A DNA stretch of 64,000 bases from Chrysomallon squamiferum. Taxonomy: Eukaryota; Animalia; Mollusca. How positions within the stretch are numbered: the first letter of the stretch is position 1; each line of letters starts with the position of its first letter. Positions 63,997 to 64,000 of this stretch are shown in pieces. The notes beneath the pieces were generated by a model, which was not told where the DNA came from, searched no databases, and worked only from the letters and a program-made list of their open reading frames with translations. The position numbers and the translations under genes were made by a program. The stretch lies in contig CM022670.1 of assembly GCA_012295275.1 (NCBI GenBank), positions 16,182,001-16,246,000 of the forward strand, read 5' to 3'.

Positions 63997-64000
63997 CTGA

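Larger units (their letters stand above)
59115..64000 (-). other. Gene 2 locus (3' part): multi-AT-hook, 8x C2H2-type zinc-finger nuclear protein
   Basis: Five phase-consistent exons; 7 RGRP AT-hook cores; TGEKP and SGRRP linkers. The ORF stays open to the window edge, so the 5' end probably lies outside. Confidence 0.9.

Overview
This is AT-rich eukaryotic (animal) genomic DNA with spliceosomal introns and abundant (CA)n, (AAT)n and poly-A microsatellites; an invertebrate such as a mollusc is plausible, but that is inference. No prokaryotic features, CRISPR arrays, rRNA or complete tRNA were seen. Two head-to-tail minus-strand genes were reconstructed by hand from splice sites and codon phase. 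Gene 1 (ATG at 55167, stop at 9573) has 19 phase-consistent coding exons totalling 5574 nt (1857 aa). It encodes an N-terminal CAP-Gly domain, a long Ser/Lys-rich linker with several SxIP-like motifs and tau-like segments, and an MTUS1/MTUS2-type C-terminal coiled coil ending in -ESDV. It has one GC-AG intron and several candidate alternative exons, including a Tyr-rich SDYxR-repeat exon with a 1-nt frameshift. Gene 2 (59115 to the window end, 5' end probably outside) encodes a multi-AT-hook protein with 8 C2H2-type fingers. The window starts in a ~0.9-kb-unit satellite with internal higher-order structure, followed by decayed LINE fragments. Introns carry many local minisatellites and fold-back palindromes.
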